A DNA stretch of 62,752 nt, filler included, from Basidiobolus ranarum (Eukaryota), in NCBI GenBank assembly GCA_040143965.1. It is 35 parts of 35 records of this genome, joined end to end, with 100 filler letters (N's around TTAATTAATTAA, not from the genome) between each part and the next. Parts side by side here need not be neighbours in the genome. Positions count along the whole stretch, not along the records: positions 50,326 to 52,016 come from JASJQH010004545.1; positions 52,117 to 53,807 come from JASJQH010004546.1; positions 53,908 to 55,597 come from JASJQH010004547.1; positions 55,698 to 57,386 come from JASJQH010004548.1; positions 57,487 to 59,175 come from JASJQH010004549.1; positions 59,276 to 60,964 come from JASJQH010004550.1; positions 61,065 to 62,752 come from JASJQH010004551.1; 28 more parts are not named here. The stretch is one strand, 5' to 3'. Each line of letters starts with the position of its first letter. Within the stretch, counting starts at the first letter, position 1. The position numbers were made by a program, and so were the translations under genes. Of this stretch, positions 50,790-62,752 are shown one piece after another. The notes beneath the pieces are model-generated. The model was given only the letters and a program-made list of their open reading frames with translations. It made no database searches and had not been told where the DNA came from.

Positions 50790-52016
50790 ACTATGTAGGG
50801 GATGAAATGATTTGTAAGGTTTCATGGAATGCTCCAAAGAACATGACTTCCATATATGGTAACTGGATGAACTAGCTCAAGATTGCCTAGAAAGGATGGC
50901 ACAGCAGATATAATGTCATAATCCAATAGTAGAAGAGTTCTATTTGCAGTGGATGAGTATGTGAAGATCAGAATCATGGCAATATCCCCTCCTTTAGTGA
51001 TGGCTTCCAGACATCATAAGGCTAGGTCTTTCTGGGTTGGTTTCATGAAGCTCCTGGCAAAGTCCCTTAGAATTGGAAGGATTTGTTGCTGGCTCCCATG
51101 ATTGATCATTTGTTGAGAATCCCTTCCAGTCCATTAAAGATTGCAACTTACATCAATAAATTCTGTAATCTAGAATTTTGCTAACTTTGTATTCAGGATG
51201 TTCTTCACTCAGATTGCTGGGGATGGGTCAATGAATCAGCACTCAAAGGTGCTTCTGGCATGTGGCTTTAGTATGGACATATGGAATATATTGCGGACAT
51301 TGAAATGTGCAGGGATTTTAAGGTGGAAGGCTACTGAATTGACTTGCTTAATAATCTTAAAAGGCCCTAGTCTTGTATGATCAAATTTATCACAAGGTCT
51401 AGTAGTTTTGATATTTTTCCAAAGTAGTCAAACATAATCTCCTGGCTTGATATCAGGGCTTGGCTTTCTTTTCTTATCAGCAAAGGTCTTGTATTGGGAT
51501 TGAGCATGCTCCAACTCAGATATTAATTGTTTATGGATGTCCTTAAGGAAAGTGGCATGGTCTGAGGCAGCAGGGCAAGGTAGATTGGATGGTGGGTGAA
51601 CTGTGAAACAAGGATGGAATCCATAATTTGCAAAGAAAGGAGTTTGCTTTGTTGAGGTACAATAAGAGTTGTTGTAAGCAAATTGAGCTAGAGGCAAGAG
51701 TTGTGTCCAGTTATCCTGATTATAGTTAATAGTGAATTGCAAATATTGTTCCAAAACTTGATTAACTCTCTCTGTTGGGCCATCAGATTGGGGATGAAAG
51801 GCAGTGGAGAGATTGGCAGAGATACCCAAGGTTTGGAGAAGATGTTTCCAGAACTTGGAAGCAAACTGAGGTCCTTGGTCAGAGATGATAGTTTCAGGGA
51901 GTCCATGTAGGTGGAAAATATTTTGAGTTACCATTTCTTCTGTTTGTTTTGCATCAAATGACTTGTTGCTGGCCACAAAGTGGGCCATCTTTTTTAGACA
52001 GTCAACAATTGCAATC
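50790..52016 (-). mobile_element. Chromovirus integrase core, GPY/F region, chromodomain, PPT (50982-50995) and start of the G1 3' LTR
   Basis: HGLPETIISDQGPQF, STAFHPQSDGPTERVNQ, LGPFKI, EYKVSKILD...WKG...SWEP. Confidence 0.95.
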
Positions 52017-52116
52017 NNNNNNNNNNNNNNNNNNNNNNNNNNNNNNNNNNNNNNNNNNNNTTAATTAATTAANNNNNNNNNNNNNNNNNNNNNNNNNNNN
52101 NNNNNNNNNNNNNNNN

Positions 52117-52271
52117 CTCACATAATTCACATATATATAAAATATATGTTCCGATTTGCAGCTAAGTGATATTTGACTAAATAATGTTGACTAACTAATA
52201 TGTGATATATGAAATAGTTAGATGTATGAAGATAGGGATAACATATATGATAAAGACAATAAACTTCAACA
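52117..52271 (-). repeat. Copia L1 LTR, 5' part
   Basis: Ends cttcaaca at 52271. Confidence 0.9.
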
Positions 52272-53029
52272 TATTTTGGCAGCTTCTTCAACACTTTGAA
52301 ACAATGTTGCAATGGTATATAAGCCTTGTATGATTTATATTTCCCCAAATCACTGATTGCTAATTCTCTGCAAATAGTGCCTGATATTTGATTTTTCAGC
52401 TCACCAGTAAAAGCCAAATCACTATATGGGCATGAAGGAAGTATAACTACAGAAGGATTGTATGTCAAATACTTGACAAGAGCCTTCCACTTGTACTAGG
52501 TTTGTAACATGCAATAATCAACCCTCAGCAGTCACAGATGTTTAAGAATGTCAGTAAATGTCTAATTACTTAAATTTGTTTACACTCAGCAATCTTTGGT
52601 GATCCAAACTGATCCCTGACTATAAGAGCTATAAATGGATTTATGCGTGCTGATAATAATGACTCTCTGTCTCTATCCTCATCTGCTATACTTGTGTCAG
52701 AATCAGTGGAAGTCAAGTCCTCTGCATGAAGCAGCATGTCTTCAAAATTTAATCAACATGCTGGCTCAAGAGAATTAGCACTGCTTGCACCAAGATTGTG
52801 AACAGGTGATTGGGATCACTGAATAATATCTTGACTTTCATAAGTATTAATGAAACCTTGAGGCCAAATATAACTCATAGACTCAGTAGGCAAAATTAAA
52901 GTGTTTCCAGAGCTCTTCAATTGGTGGCTTTTTTTTGTGAATTCTCTTTCTGTGAAGAACTTGGCTGTCAGAGCAAAAGAGTTTGTGGCAAGCATAGCAT
53001 TGCTTTTTTGTAAGTTTCTGTTTTTGCAT
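52272..53029 (-). pseudogene. EnSpm transposase N-terminus
   Basis: MQKQKLTKKQCYACHKLFCSDSQVLHRKRIH ... LPSCPYSDLAFTGELKN ... AYIPL, with frameshifts. Confidence 0.75.
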
Positions 53030-53246
53030 GAAAAGGATATTCTGCTTGAAAAAAACAAAGCAAGTTTCATAAGGGTGATATTGAGTTTATATTCAATAGA
53101 AGAGATTGTCTGATCTTTGGATGGTATTAGAGATGTTCATCAGGGTATTTTCAAGTCAAACCCAGTAGTGTAGTATGGTTTTGGTTTTAGCTTATCAAAA
53201 TTTATAAAAACAATTTGTTTAAAAAGTTTACCTCATAAATATTTTG

Positions 53247-53530
53247 ATACCATTGAAAAAACAACTGCAATGTAAGTCAAATTTGCAATCCAAGCAAAAG
53301 CCGCTAACTGGAAGAGAAATAAATCCACAGAAGACTTAGCCAATGAACTGCTGTGCAATATTTTGCTCTCCACTGGAGACATTGAGAAGTCAAGAACTAA
53401 CTAAAATAATGATGAACTTTTACTTCCTATACCAGAAATGTTGTTTTCTACCAACATAACAACTGAAAAGTTTTGATATGCCAATCATGTAGGAATTAAT
53501 GGCTGAATAGGCAGGTTCCATAGTTGCACT
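53247..53530 (+). pseudogene. Transposon ORF2 N-terminus, divergent from the transposase
   Basis: IPLKKQLQCKSNLQSKQKP and NNDELLLPIPEMLFSTN align with MPFKKCSKFKSKLTSKPKP and SNDEALINLPDVFLSSN at 17467. Confidence 0.65.
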
Positions 53531-53807
53531 CCCAAACAGAAATTTGAGGATTGTTGCTGTAGGAACACTTGTATAATTTTAATCCATTTTGGATTGACTG
53601 TTCACTTACCATCATAAATTCATCAAGTTAATTTTGATTTTAATCAATTTTTTTAATTTCAGAAGTGAAATTTCAAGATGTTGCAAAATAGCTGCAAATG
53701 ATTGCCTACAATCTCAAAAACTATAAGACTTGTTCCATTTTATTGAGCCAGATCAGGCCAGCTAAAAAGTGTGCCAGCACAAATTGGCATGATTGGGCAC
53801 TATCCGG
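53531..53807 (+). mobile_element. EnSpm end A (53531-53725) interrupted by a family C terminus (53726-53807)
   Basis: CCCAAACAGAAATTTGAGG, then AGACTTGTTCCATTTTATTGAGCCAGATC. Confidence 0.8.
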
Positions 53808-53907
53808 NNNNNNNNNNNNNNNNNNNNNNNNNNNNNNNNNNNNNNNNNNNNTTAATTAATTAANNNNNNNNNNNNNNNNNNNNNNNNNNNNNNNNNNNNN
53901 NNNNNNN

Positions 53908-55597
53908 ACAATGAAACTTTTGCTCCTGTAGCAAAGTTTAATTCCATCAGAACCGTACTAGCAGTAGCAGCAAAACACAGCTTAAAAATCCATCAAATGG
54001 ATGTTAAAACTGCTTTTTGAATGGGGACTTGGAAGAGGATATATTCATGGATTAACCAGATGGTTTTGTGGATCCTGAGCACCCAGAGGACATGTGTAAG
54101 CTACAAAAAGGACTTTATGATCTTAAACAAACACCCAGGGCCTGGTACACCAAGATACACACATACTTGGAAGCACTTGATTTCCAAAAGAGTATGGTGG
54201 ATTCTGGAATCGACTTCAACACATATAAGAGCAGTGAGGTGATACTTGCCTCATATGTAGATAATCTGATAATAGCTACCAATAATGCTGAAGCTCTAAG
54301 GAACACCAAAAGGGATCTATCAGTCCGATTCAAGATGACAAGTTTAGGTGAACTTTCATATTTTTAGGCCAGTAGACACATTCAGATATATTGAGCTAGT
54401 CTATCACTCTGAATTATTCTAAGTACATCTCAGACATTCTCAGATATTACATGAAGGAGAGTTGTAAGCCAGTAGCAACTCCCATGGATCCAGGTGTGAA
54501 ATTAGTCAAAAATCCCATCAAAAATGATGAAAATTGGCCAAATATGGCTCAAAATGTATCATTTGAAAGCCCTGAGTTCCCTTATCAATCTATGGTAGGT
54601 AGTTTGAGCCATGCTACCACTGGCACCTGGCCCAATATCTCTGTTGCAGTGGGAGTAGTTAGCCAACATGTTCAAAACCCAGGATCTGAATATTATGCAG
54701 CAGTTGAGTGGATTTTCAGATATTTGAAGGGGATACTTGATCTGGGACTAAGATACACATATTCTTGTGAGAATAAGGATTTTATTGGGTTTAGTGATGC
54801 AGATTAGGGATGTGATATTGAGGACAGAAGATCTATCACTGTATAAACCTTTCTCTATAGTGAGGCAGCCATATCTTTGAATAGCAAGAAACTACCCACT
54901 GTAGCACTTTCAACAACTGAAGCAGAGTTCATGGCAGCATCACATACAGCAAAGGAGGCTATGTGGTTAAGGAAACTGCTCAAAGACTTAGGCATTTTTC
55001 AAAGTTCACCCACCATAATTTTCAAGGATAATCAAAATTGTATTTCTTCAGCTAAAGATCCCAAATTTCATGCTAGAAGTAAGCATATTCACATTAAACA
55101 TCACTTTGTTATGGATGCTATGAGAATGAGCATGTCCAACTAGAGTACTGTCCAACTGAGGAGACAATTGCTGACATCCTTACCAAATCATTACCCAAGC
55201 CAAAATTGCAGAATTAAGATATATGAATATTTAGTTGAGTGGGAGTGTTGAAGTTTATTGTATTTATCATGTTTGTTATCTCTATCTTTATACATATAAC
55301 TATTTCATATATCACATATAAGTTAGTTAACATTACTTGGTCAAATATCACGTAACTGAAAATTGGAACATATATTATATATATATGTGAATAATGTGAG
55401 AATTAGCAATTCCATTTGGAAATTTCAAACTTGTCCAAAATGCCCCAAAGATAGCACATTTTACTCCCACAGATGTTCTGAACACAGTGTTAGTTTACTG
55501 TATTTCCACCCAAATGTATAAATGCTTTATTTCTGGACAATAAATAATTATCTAACCAAAGCTATTAACAACTCCACTTTTGTAAAGTTCCTCCAAG
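53908..55597 (+). mobile_element. Copia RT-RNase H, PPT and L1 3' LTR (from 55246)
   Basis: ETFAPVAK, YVDNL, VALSTTEAEF, FHARSKHI, IADILTK; TTGAGTGGGAG|TGTTGAAG. Confidence 0.95.
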
Positions 55598-55697
55598 NNN
55601 NNNNNNNNNNNNNNNNNNNNNNNNNNNNNNNNNNNNNNNNNTTAATTAATTAANNNNNNNNNNNNNNNNNNNNNNNNNNNNNNNNNNNNNNNNNNNN

Positions 55698-56512
55698 AAG
55701 AAGGGACTCAAGATTTTGGACAGCAATATCAGCCACATTGGAATTTTTACTTTGAAGCTGGGCAGCAATCCATTGAAAGAAGTCTTTAAGATCAAGCCCA
55801 ATGCTCTTCTTGGCGGTACTATAAACGCGAATAGCTGTTAATACCTCCAGGGAATAGAGATGTATATGCCATCATATTTAGACTCACGATAAAAGAGTAG
55901 TCAAGATTTTACTGGATTTTAAAGCGAGAAAATCGTCATCCTTAGCTAAACACCTATGAAGGTAAGTTTGTTCGTAGTCGATTAAGAATATATCATTGAG
56001 TATAGGTGTTAAATGTGCGAATCCTTACTTCAACAAAGGAGAATAAGGAAATTTGGGGTTCTCGGTGGACGTTTGGTGAAAGAAAGACACGTTGGCTTCT
56101 TTACTCTCAAGAACATCATCGATGATGACCAACAGATGTTGAAGAAGATCGATACGGGTAATCTTGTCAGTAAGATTTACCAAAACCCGAGCCAAAACCG
56201 CACCTTCCTCCTTTTTGTATTCAAATTCAGGACCCAGGTTCTGAAGAAAGCAATTTGAAAGCATCATTTACCTGAGAGATTTCTTTATATTTTTGGTCAG
56301 GTTTATCATAAGTATTCAAGAGACGTAACTCTTCCTCGTCAATGAGACCAGCACCACGACAGTCCTACATATAGAGTGTGAGAGAGGAAAAGAGGCTTAT
56401 AGTATATGTATGAGTGAAATACCTCCCAAGACACCGGCTTTTGACGAGCAACGGTGGTTAACTCGTCTAGATGGGCATTTAAAACAAGAGAAGTAGGAAA
56501 TGTTTCAGTCAT
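55698..56512 (-). CDS. VMA13: V-type ATPase V1 subunit H, 5' part, multi-exon
   Basis: Spliced reading across four short GT-AG introns: ARQKPVSWE / GLIDEEEL / RIDLLQHLLVIIDDVL...PYSPLLK / CLAKDDDFLALKSSKIL / FFQWI...DIAVQNLESLL. The intron 2 acceptor is uncertain. Confidence 0.85.
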
Positions 56513-57223
56513 ATTTAGCAAACTAAGAGTGGATTAGGATTAGAAGAAAAGTGGAGTGTGGAGTTAAACAGAACAATAAGCAGAGATAATTATGTATTAG
56601 CGAGGACCTCAACCTGTCAATACCTGGTTGAGACTGGGTAAAATTGGCCCCAGTTGATTTAAGCTCATAAGGTCTGGAATTAAAACTAATGCTCCTCGGA
56701 TTTTATTCAACATCGCCTATTTTGGAATCGAATCTCACCATAATCATTCACACAGACTATGGCAACCAATAGGATACGGTTGATTGAAGTTTATTTCGCA
56801 GGTTGATGGTGGCGTTTTAGTATTTATCGAACTTATGCACCACTGCACTACATCCAGACTCTTCAAATCAAGTGCAGAGATTCTCAGGTATATGGGGTGG
56901 GGTTGGAAACATTTAAGGGACATCAAAATAGTGGCAAGTAGGACGAACAATCAACCCGCTTATCAAAGACTAGCTTCTTCAACAGAGTACGCAAGGTAAC
57001 TAGTCATTCATTTAAAAGCATGGCTTTTATTTGACAAAACTTCGTGTGTATTGGAGAGTGATTCTTATTGAATCCAAATGATTGCTACGGAAAATGTGAA
57101 GAGAAAAGTAACCATTAAAGGAGTGTATAAGGATGGAAAGATGCAGCTTCAACTGGATGAACAAAAACAGCGCCAATGCGATGCAGATACAAAAAACCCT
57201 AAATAAACAACAGAGTAATCAAC

Positions 57224-57385
57224 CTAGCCAGAAGGCTTGCGTCTAGTAGTGTCATAGGCCCGAATTAAGCCAGCTTGGCCAGATTCGGTCTGCGAAAAAG
57301 CATACCCACGAGTCAGCTTCATTCTTTGAATGATCCGAACCTTGTTCACTGCTTTCCGGAACCTCTCCATACGCGGACGATAATC
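57224..57385 (-). CDS. DRS2: P4-ATPase phospholipid flippase, C-terminal 53 aa
   Basis: DYRPRMERFRKAVNKVRIIQRMKLTRGYAFSQTESGQAGLIRAYDTTRRKPSG* contains the Drs2 G(Y/F)AFS tail. Absent from the ORF track. Confidence 0.9.
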   Translation of the reverse strand, partial: DYRPRMERFRKAVNKVRIIQRMKLTRGYAFSQTESGQAGLIRAYDTTRRKPSG

Positions 57386-57486
57386 ANNNNNNNNNNNNNN
57401 NNNNNNNNNNNNNNNNNNNNNNNNNNNNNNTTAATTAATTAANNNNNNNNNNNNNNNNNNNNNNNNNNNNNNNNNNNNNNNNNNNN

Positions 57487-58335
57487 ACTACTTCAATGGT
57501 AAGGAACCCAACAAATCCATCAACCCTGACGAGGCTGTAGCCTACGGAGCTGCTGTTCAAGCAGCTATATTGTCTGGAGATACTTCCGAGAAGACCCAAG
57601 ATTTACTCCTACTCGATGTCGCCCCACTCTCATTGGGTATTGAGACTGCTGGTGGAGTAATGACTCCTTTGATCAAGAGAAATACCACTGTTCCTACCAA
57701 GAAATCCGAGACTTTCTCTACCTATGCTGATAATCAACCTGGCGTATTGATCCAAGTATTTGAGGGTGAGCGCGCCCGTACCAAGGACAATAATATTCTT
57801 GGCAAGTTCGAACTCTCTGGAATTCCTCCAGCCCCTCGCGGAGTTCCCCAAATTGAAGTTATTTTTGATGTTGATGCCAACGGTATCTTGAATGTATCTG
57901 CATTGGATAAAACTACTGGTCGTTCCAATAAGATCACCATTACCAATGATAAGGGCCGTCTTTCTAAAGAGGATATTGAACGTATGCTCTCCGAAGCAGA
58001 AAAATATAAAGCTGAAGATGAAGAAGCAGCTTCTCGTATATCCGCTAAAAATGGGCTTGAATCCTATGCCTACTCACTTCGGAACACCCTTCAAGATGAA
58101 AAAATTACTGGTCAATTAGATGTCAATGATAAGAAGAAACTTGAAGAAGCCATCAACTATCAGTTGGTTGGACGCAAGTCAAGAAGCTTCTAAGGAAGAG
58201 TACGAAAAGAAGCAAAAAGAGTTGGAAGGTGTTGCAAACCCTATTATGACCAAGATGTATCAGGCTACTGGTGAAGCCCCTGGTGGCTTCCCAGATGGTG
58301 ACAACAGTGAACCAACTGTTGGAGAATTAGATTAA
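57487..58335 (+). pseudogene. HSP70: Cytosolic HSP70 (SSA-type) 3' half with a frameshift near 58158
   Basis: [40 protein letters not shown]; the frame breaks between EEAIN and TISWLD, and the protein ends EPTVGELD. Confidence 0.8.
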
Positions 58336-59275
58336 ATTGAAATTTAAGTTTCGTTCCATAATTTGTACAATATTTACAAAAGAATACTCGATTCTCAATA
58401 ATACCAAGTATATCTTGGATATCTATAATAATATGATCCAATTTATTCATAACTCTTTAGCATCCACTTTATACTCTCAAGATATATAATGGGAGGCTCA
58501 GTGATTTCTGGGCATTTGAAGATATTCATGGAGTATCTAAATTTTGAAAGCATCGACTGCTTGCTTGCATTTGACATAATCTATTTAGTTAGGGGTAGAG
58601 TAAGTTGAGGTTATTTACCGAATACTGGAAAGCACGAATATGGGAAAATCTCACTTTCATATTTCTTGTAAGCTCACCCTAATCAGTGACATCACGAGGA
58701 CGTACATACCATAAAAATTCTTATTCTTTCTGCTTCGAGCATATCAGTGATGTAATTTAATCTAAAACTTGAAGCTTGTTTAGCGTGTTTCCAGAGTGGT
58801 TTATGATCAGCACAAATTAGTGACAGCATCAAATAAACTAAGTTTTAATTGGGTTTTTGATGAATTTCTTGTGGAATGCTTACTCTAGATCGTAAATCCA
58901 AATGCGAATATGAGCGCTATGGATATATCTATTATGGTTACTTGTACGTAATATTCTGTGTAATTCAATTGATATTGTCCAGTCACAGTCTTAGTCAGTG
59001 TACGTGCGTTAGCTGTACTTTAGCTAAATAGTAACATTTTATCACATCATATGTAATCTAATTCTAGATGACTGTACCATCAATGATATTGCCCGATCAT
59101 AGAGGGAATACATTTACATAAATATCAGCACCAAAACGTTCGGGAATTTCAGAAACCTAACTTTAACATTGTATANNNNNNNNNNNNNNNNNNNNNNNNN
59201 NNNNNNNNNNNNNNNNNNNTTAATTAATTAANNNNNNNNNNNNNNNNNNNNNNNNNNNNNNNNNNNNNNNNNNNN

Positions 59276-60964
59276 CAATTAGAGCAATAAACACACATTT
59301 TTGAATGACAGTATTGAGTACTAAATAATCAGAATATGAATAAACTAACTACTAAATAATGAGTTGCTATTTACCTAATTTCAACAGTCATGATACTGCT
59401 TGGGAGCCTGCCAGACCAGTTTGTAAACCTCATAACTGCCTCAGAATTAAGATCAGAGCCATCAATGACGGAATATGTTGGTGTTAGGCTTTTGAACAAA
59501 GAATTAAGGAGATCTAATTCTCAGCAAAATATGCAGAACAGGCATTTTTTGGAGCTGTAAACTGTCCAACAGGCTTCAACAATAGTGCCCCTGATAGGAA
59601 ATTAATTATCTTTAAGTATTGCAAGAAACCAGGCCATTTAATCTAAGATTGCAGAAAAAGGATTTTTGCCAAAAAGCTATAATTGCAACAAGCAAATCAA
59701 GTAACCACTCATAGAGATCATCTATTTGTGTCTACCCCATCAGTAACTACTAAAGAAGACTCAGAAATGTGGAACATTGATTGAGGAGCTTCCCAGCATA
59801 TGTCAAGCAGGAAAGATTGGTTTTCCAGCTTGAAACCAATCCAAACAAGGAAGTCTACTTAGCTGATGACTATGCACTAGATGCAGTTGGTAAGGGCACA
59901 GTTGTACTCAACTTAGACCAAAATTCAGCTACACCATCTGCAAATTAGATGATGTACTCTATGTACCAAATATAGCCAAGAGTCTTCTCTCAGTAAGCCA
60001 AGCTATAACTCAAGGACTAAATTTTGTGTTCAGTAAGGATGGATGCACTATCACAGCTCAGAATAATATTAAATTAGCAACTGGGATCAAAACTCAAAAC
60101 CTTTACAAGCTTGAAATCAACAAGTTGCATTCTGAGCATGCAAACTTGGCCAAAACTGGTGAAATAAGCTGTCAAACATAGCATAGAAGACTATGCCACA
60201 TTGGGGAACAAAAACTGACCCTAACAATCTGAAATGAGCTTGTTGCAAGCTAAGAAACTGGATATATCACTAAAATGGATATGTGTTAAGAGTGCATATA
60301 TGGAACATATCACAGACAGCCATTTTCAAGCTCTGGAGAGATCAAATCCATTTAGAATTTTGCCCAGATTCATTCTGACCTATGTGAGCCCATGACAAAC
60401 ATCCACTAGATGGGAAAAGGTACTTTTTACCGTTATCAATGACAAAACAAGATATACTTGGGTATGCTTAAAGTGTTTTGGGGATATGGTCATGTTTAGT
60501 ACAAGATTTTGATTGCTGAATTAAACACCTAAGTTTTATTGAATTGAATATGTCCTATGTATAGTTTACTATAAAATAGGACTATTGGACGTGCTTAGAT
60601 CATAATAAACATGCCTGTTAGGCATAGGTGAAAATATGAGGTGATTTGGAGAAGTTTTGAGAAAATAGTAAAAATTGGTAAAAGTGATCTAATTGATATT
60701 TCTATCAATTATAGCAATAAACACACGTTTTTGAATGACATAATTCAGAGCTAAATAATCAGTATATGCATATACTAACTACTAAATAATGAGTTGCTAT
60801 TTACCTAATTTCAACTGGGTATTCTTTCTCAAACCAAAATCTGAAGCCCTAGCTTTGTTCAAGCACTACAAAGCAATGGTAGAGATAAATTCAGCACAAA
60901 AAATAAGGGTACTAAGGAGTCATAATGGTTGAGAATACTGCTCTAATGACTTTGCTAGTTTTTG
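59276..60964 (+). mobile_element. L2 LTR piece (59276-59386, -) and degenerate copia gag-protease-integrase
   Basis: CKKPGH..DC, WNID*GASQHM, IHSDLCEP, DKTRYTWV|FFLKPKSEA. Confidence 0.92.
60465..60816 (-). repeat. Copia L2 solo LTR with 5-bp TSD GGGTA
   Basis: GGGTA at 60460-60464 and 60817-60821; removing the LTR restores the integrase frame. Confidence 0.92.
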
Positions 60965-61064
60965 NNNNNNNNNNNNNNNNNNNNNNNNNNNNNNNNNNNN
61001 NNNNNNNNTTAATTAATTAANNNNNNNNNNNNNNNNNNNNNNNNNNNNNNNNNNNNNNNNNNNN

Positions 61065-62752
61065 AGTCACCATACTCCATACTTTCCTCTTTGGGAATTA
61101 CTGCTTGTACCACAAGTCACCAGACTTTCAACAGATACTGGATTTCATTCTTCCATTTGGAACTTCTTTAGTATATCTACAATATACTTAGACTGGTTTA
61201 AAGTTATTGTCTTAGTATATCTATCTTATTTTAGATTACAAGATAGTGTGTCAGTTCACTAAGATCACTCATTTTGAATTTGGCAAATAAGCTGGATTTG
61301 GTTTTCTCCTAAGCCTTCAAGTCATTGGTTGCCATAATAAGGTCATCTACATATAAGGCTAATAGAAATGGGTTTGTCTTATCTGGCCTGAAGTAGATAC
61401 TATAGTCAGCATTACTCTTTTGGAATTTGAGTGCTTCCAAAAAAGCATCTAGCTTGGTATTCCAAACTCTTGGAGATTGTTTAAGCCATGGAGTGTTTTG
61501 CAGAGTCTGCAAGCTCTTGTAGGGTTTTCTGGGCCCACAAATCCATCTGGCTGGTCCATATAGATCTTCTCAGCAAGCTCACCATTCAAAAAAGCAGTTT
61601 TAACATCCATTTAATGTATAATAAACTGATATTTAGCTGAAATTGTTAAAATCAATCTGATTGAATTGAATTAAACTTTGCTACAGGAACAAAAGTTTCT
61701 GAATAATCAATTCCTGGTGCTTAGGAATATCCTTTGGCTACTAGTCCAGCCTTGTACCTTTCTATATTGACATCAGAGTTGCATTTAACTTTAAACACCT
61801 ATTGGCAGCCAATTGATTTTCTATCATCAGGTTAGTTGGTTAACATCCAAGTTTGATCATCAATCAAAGCCTGGTACTCATCAGCCATTGCAGCTCTCCA
61901 AAATTTTGTATGAGGGCCATTCTGGGCCTCTTTTACAGCCTGGGGTTCATGTATTTGAGCTGTACAGGCATAGGCCCAATTTTTGGACTCATTAATATAG
62001 TAATCAGGGCTATTTCTGATCCAATTTGATCTCCTGGTTTGGGATAACTGTACTACAACATCTGGCATGGTATTGGGCACTTCAGTAGGCAGATTTTGGT
62101 TGAAGGGTCCACAGGAATGCTATTTTCTTCATTGTTTTGGCTTGAATCAATTTGAATGATTGGATTAGGAGAAAATTGATTTTTGTCATTGTCCAAGGTC
62201 ATTTTGGGTGAAAAATCCTCATTTTCATTAAACAAAACATCCCGGGTCTTGATTAACATGGAAATTCTGGCATCATAGAGTCTGTAGGTCTTAGTTGAGT
62301 ACATTAACCCAGAAATATGCATTTCTTACTTTTTGGATCAAATTTAGTCCAATTTTTGTTCATAATTTTGACATAACCAATGCTTCCAACCATCTTTCAA
62401 TGTTTTATATCAGGTTTGACTCCAAACCAAGCTTGATATGGTGTAGAATTAGACAGACTACTAGTAAAACTCCTATTTTTCAGATATACAGCTGTTGCAA
62501 CAGATTCTGCCCAAAAGTCAGGATATAAATTTTGTGCATTTATCATGGATCTTGCCACTTCTATTATAGTCCTGTTAGCTCTTTCAGCAGCTCCATCTTG
62601 TTGCAATGCATAGGGGGTGGTAGTTTCTTGCTTAATTCCATGAACTTTGCAAAAGTGCTAAAATATTGTTGAAGCATATTCTCAACCATTATCAGTACAT
62701 ATTTTCTTGATTTTAGTTCCAGTTTCAGTCTCCACAAGTGTTTAAAAATCTC
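61065..62752 (-). mobile_element. Degenerate copia integrase-RT
   Basis: AERANRTIIE, LKQSPRVWN, LYVDDL; same family as 19814-21511. Confidence 0.95.

Overview
This window is not contiguous DNA. It is 35 short contigs (about 1.69-1.70 kb each, ordered by decreasing length) joined by an artificial 100-bp linker (44 N + TTAATTAATTAA + 44 N), so adjacency across linkers means nothing. The source is a repeat-rich fungus. Short GT-AG introns, fungal-type genes and a bacterial-like NRPS suggest an early-diverging lineage such as Basidiobolus or Mortierella, but that is inference. About four fifths of the contigs are nested, CpG-depleted transposon debris: Ty1/copia elements with three LTR families, Ty3/gypsy elements including a chromovirus, an unclassified TIR element, and a very abundant CMC-EnSpm/CACTA-type DNA transposon with CCCTAACA(G/A)AAAT termini (about 20 ends seen). 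Pieces from several contigs reconstruct that transposon as a transposase and an unknown ~590-aa ORF2 arranged head-to-head. One subfamily also carries an ORF with 38/39-aa tandem repeats. Host genes: ARF1 (complete, 2 introns), MET3, VMA13 (5' part), DRS2 (3' end, missed by the ORF track), a frameshifted HSP70, a Ser-rich secreted/GPI-like protein, and an intronless NRPS fragment resembling proteobacterial lipopeptide synthetases. All alignments were done by eye; no databases were searched.
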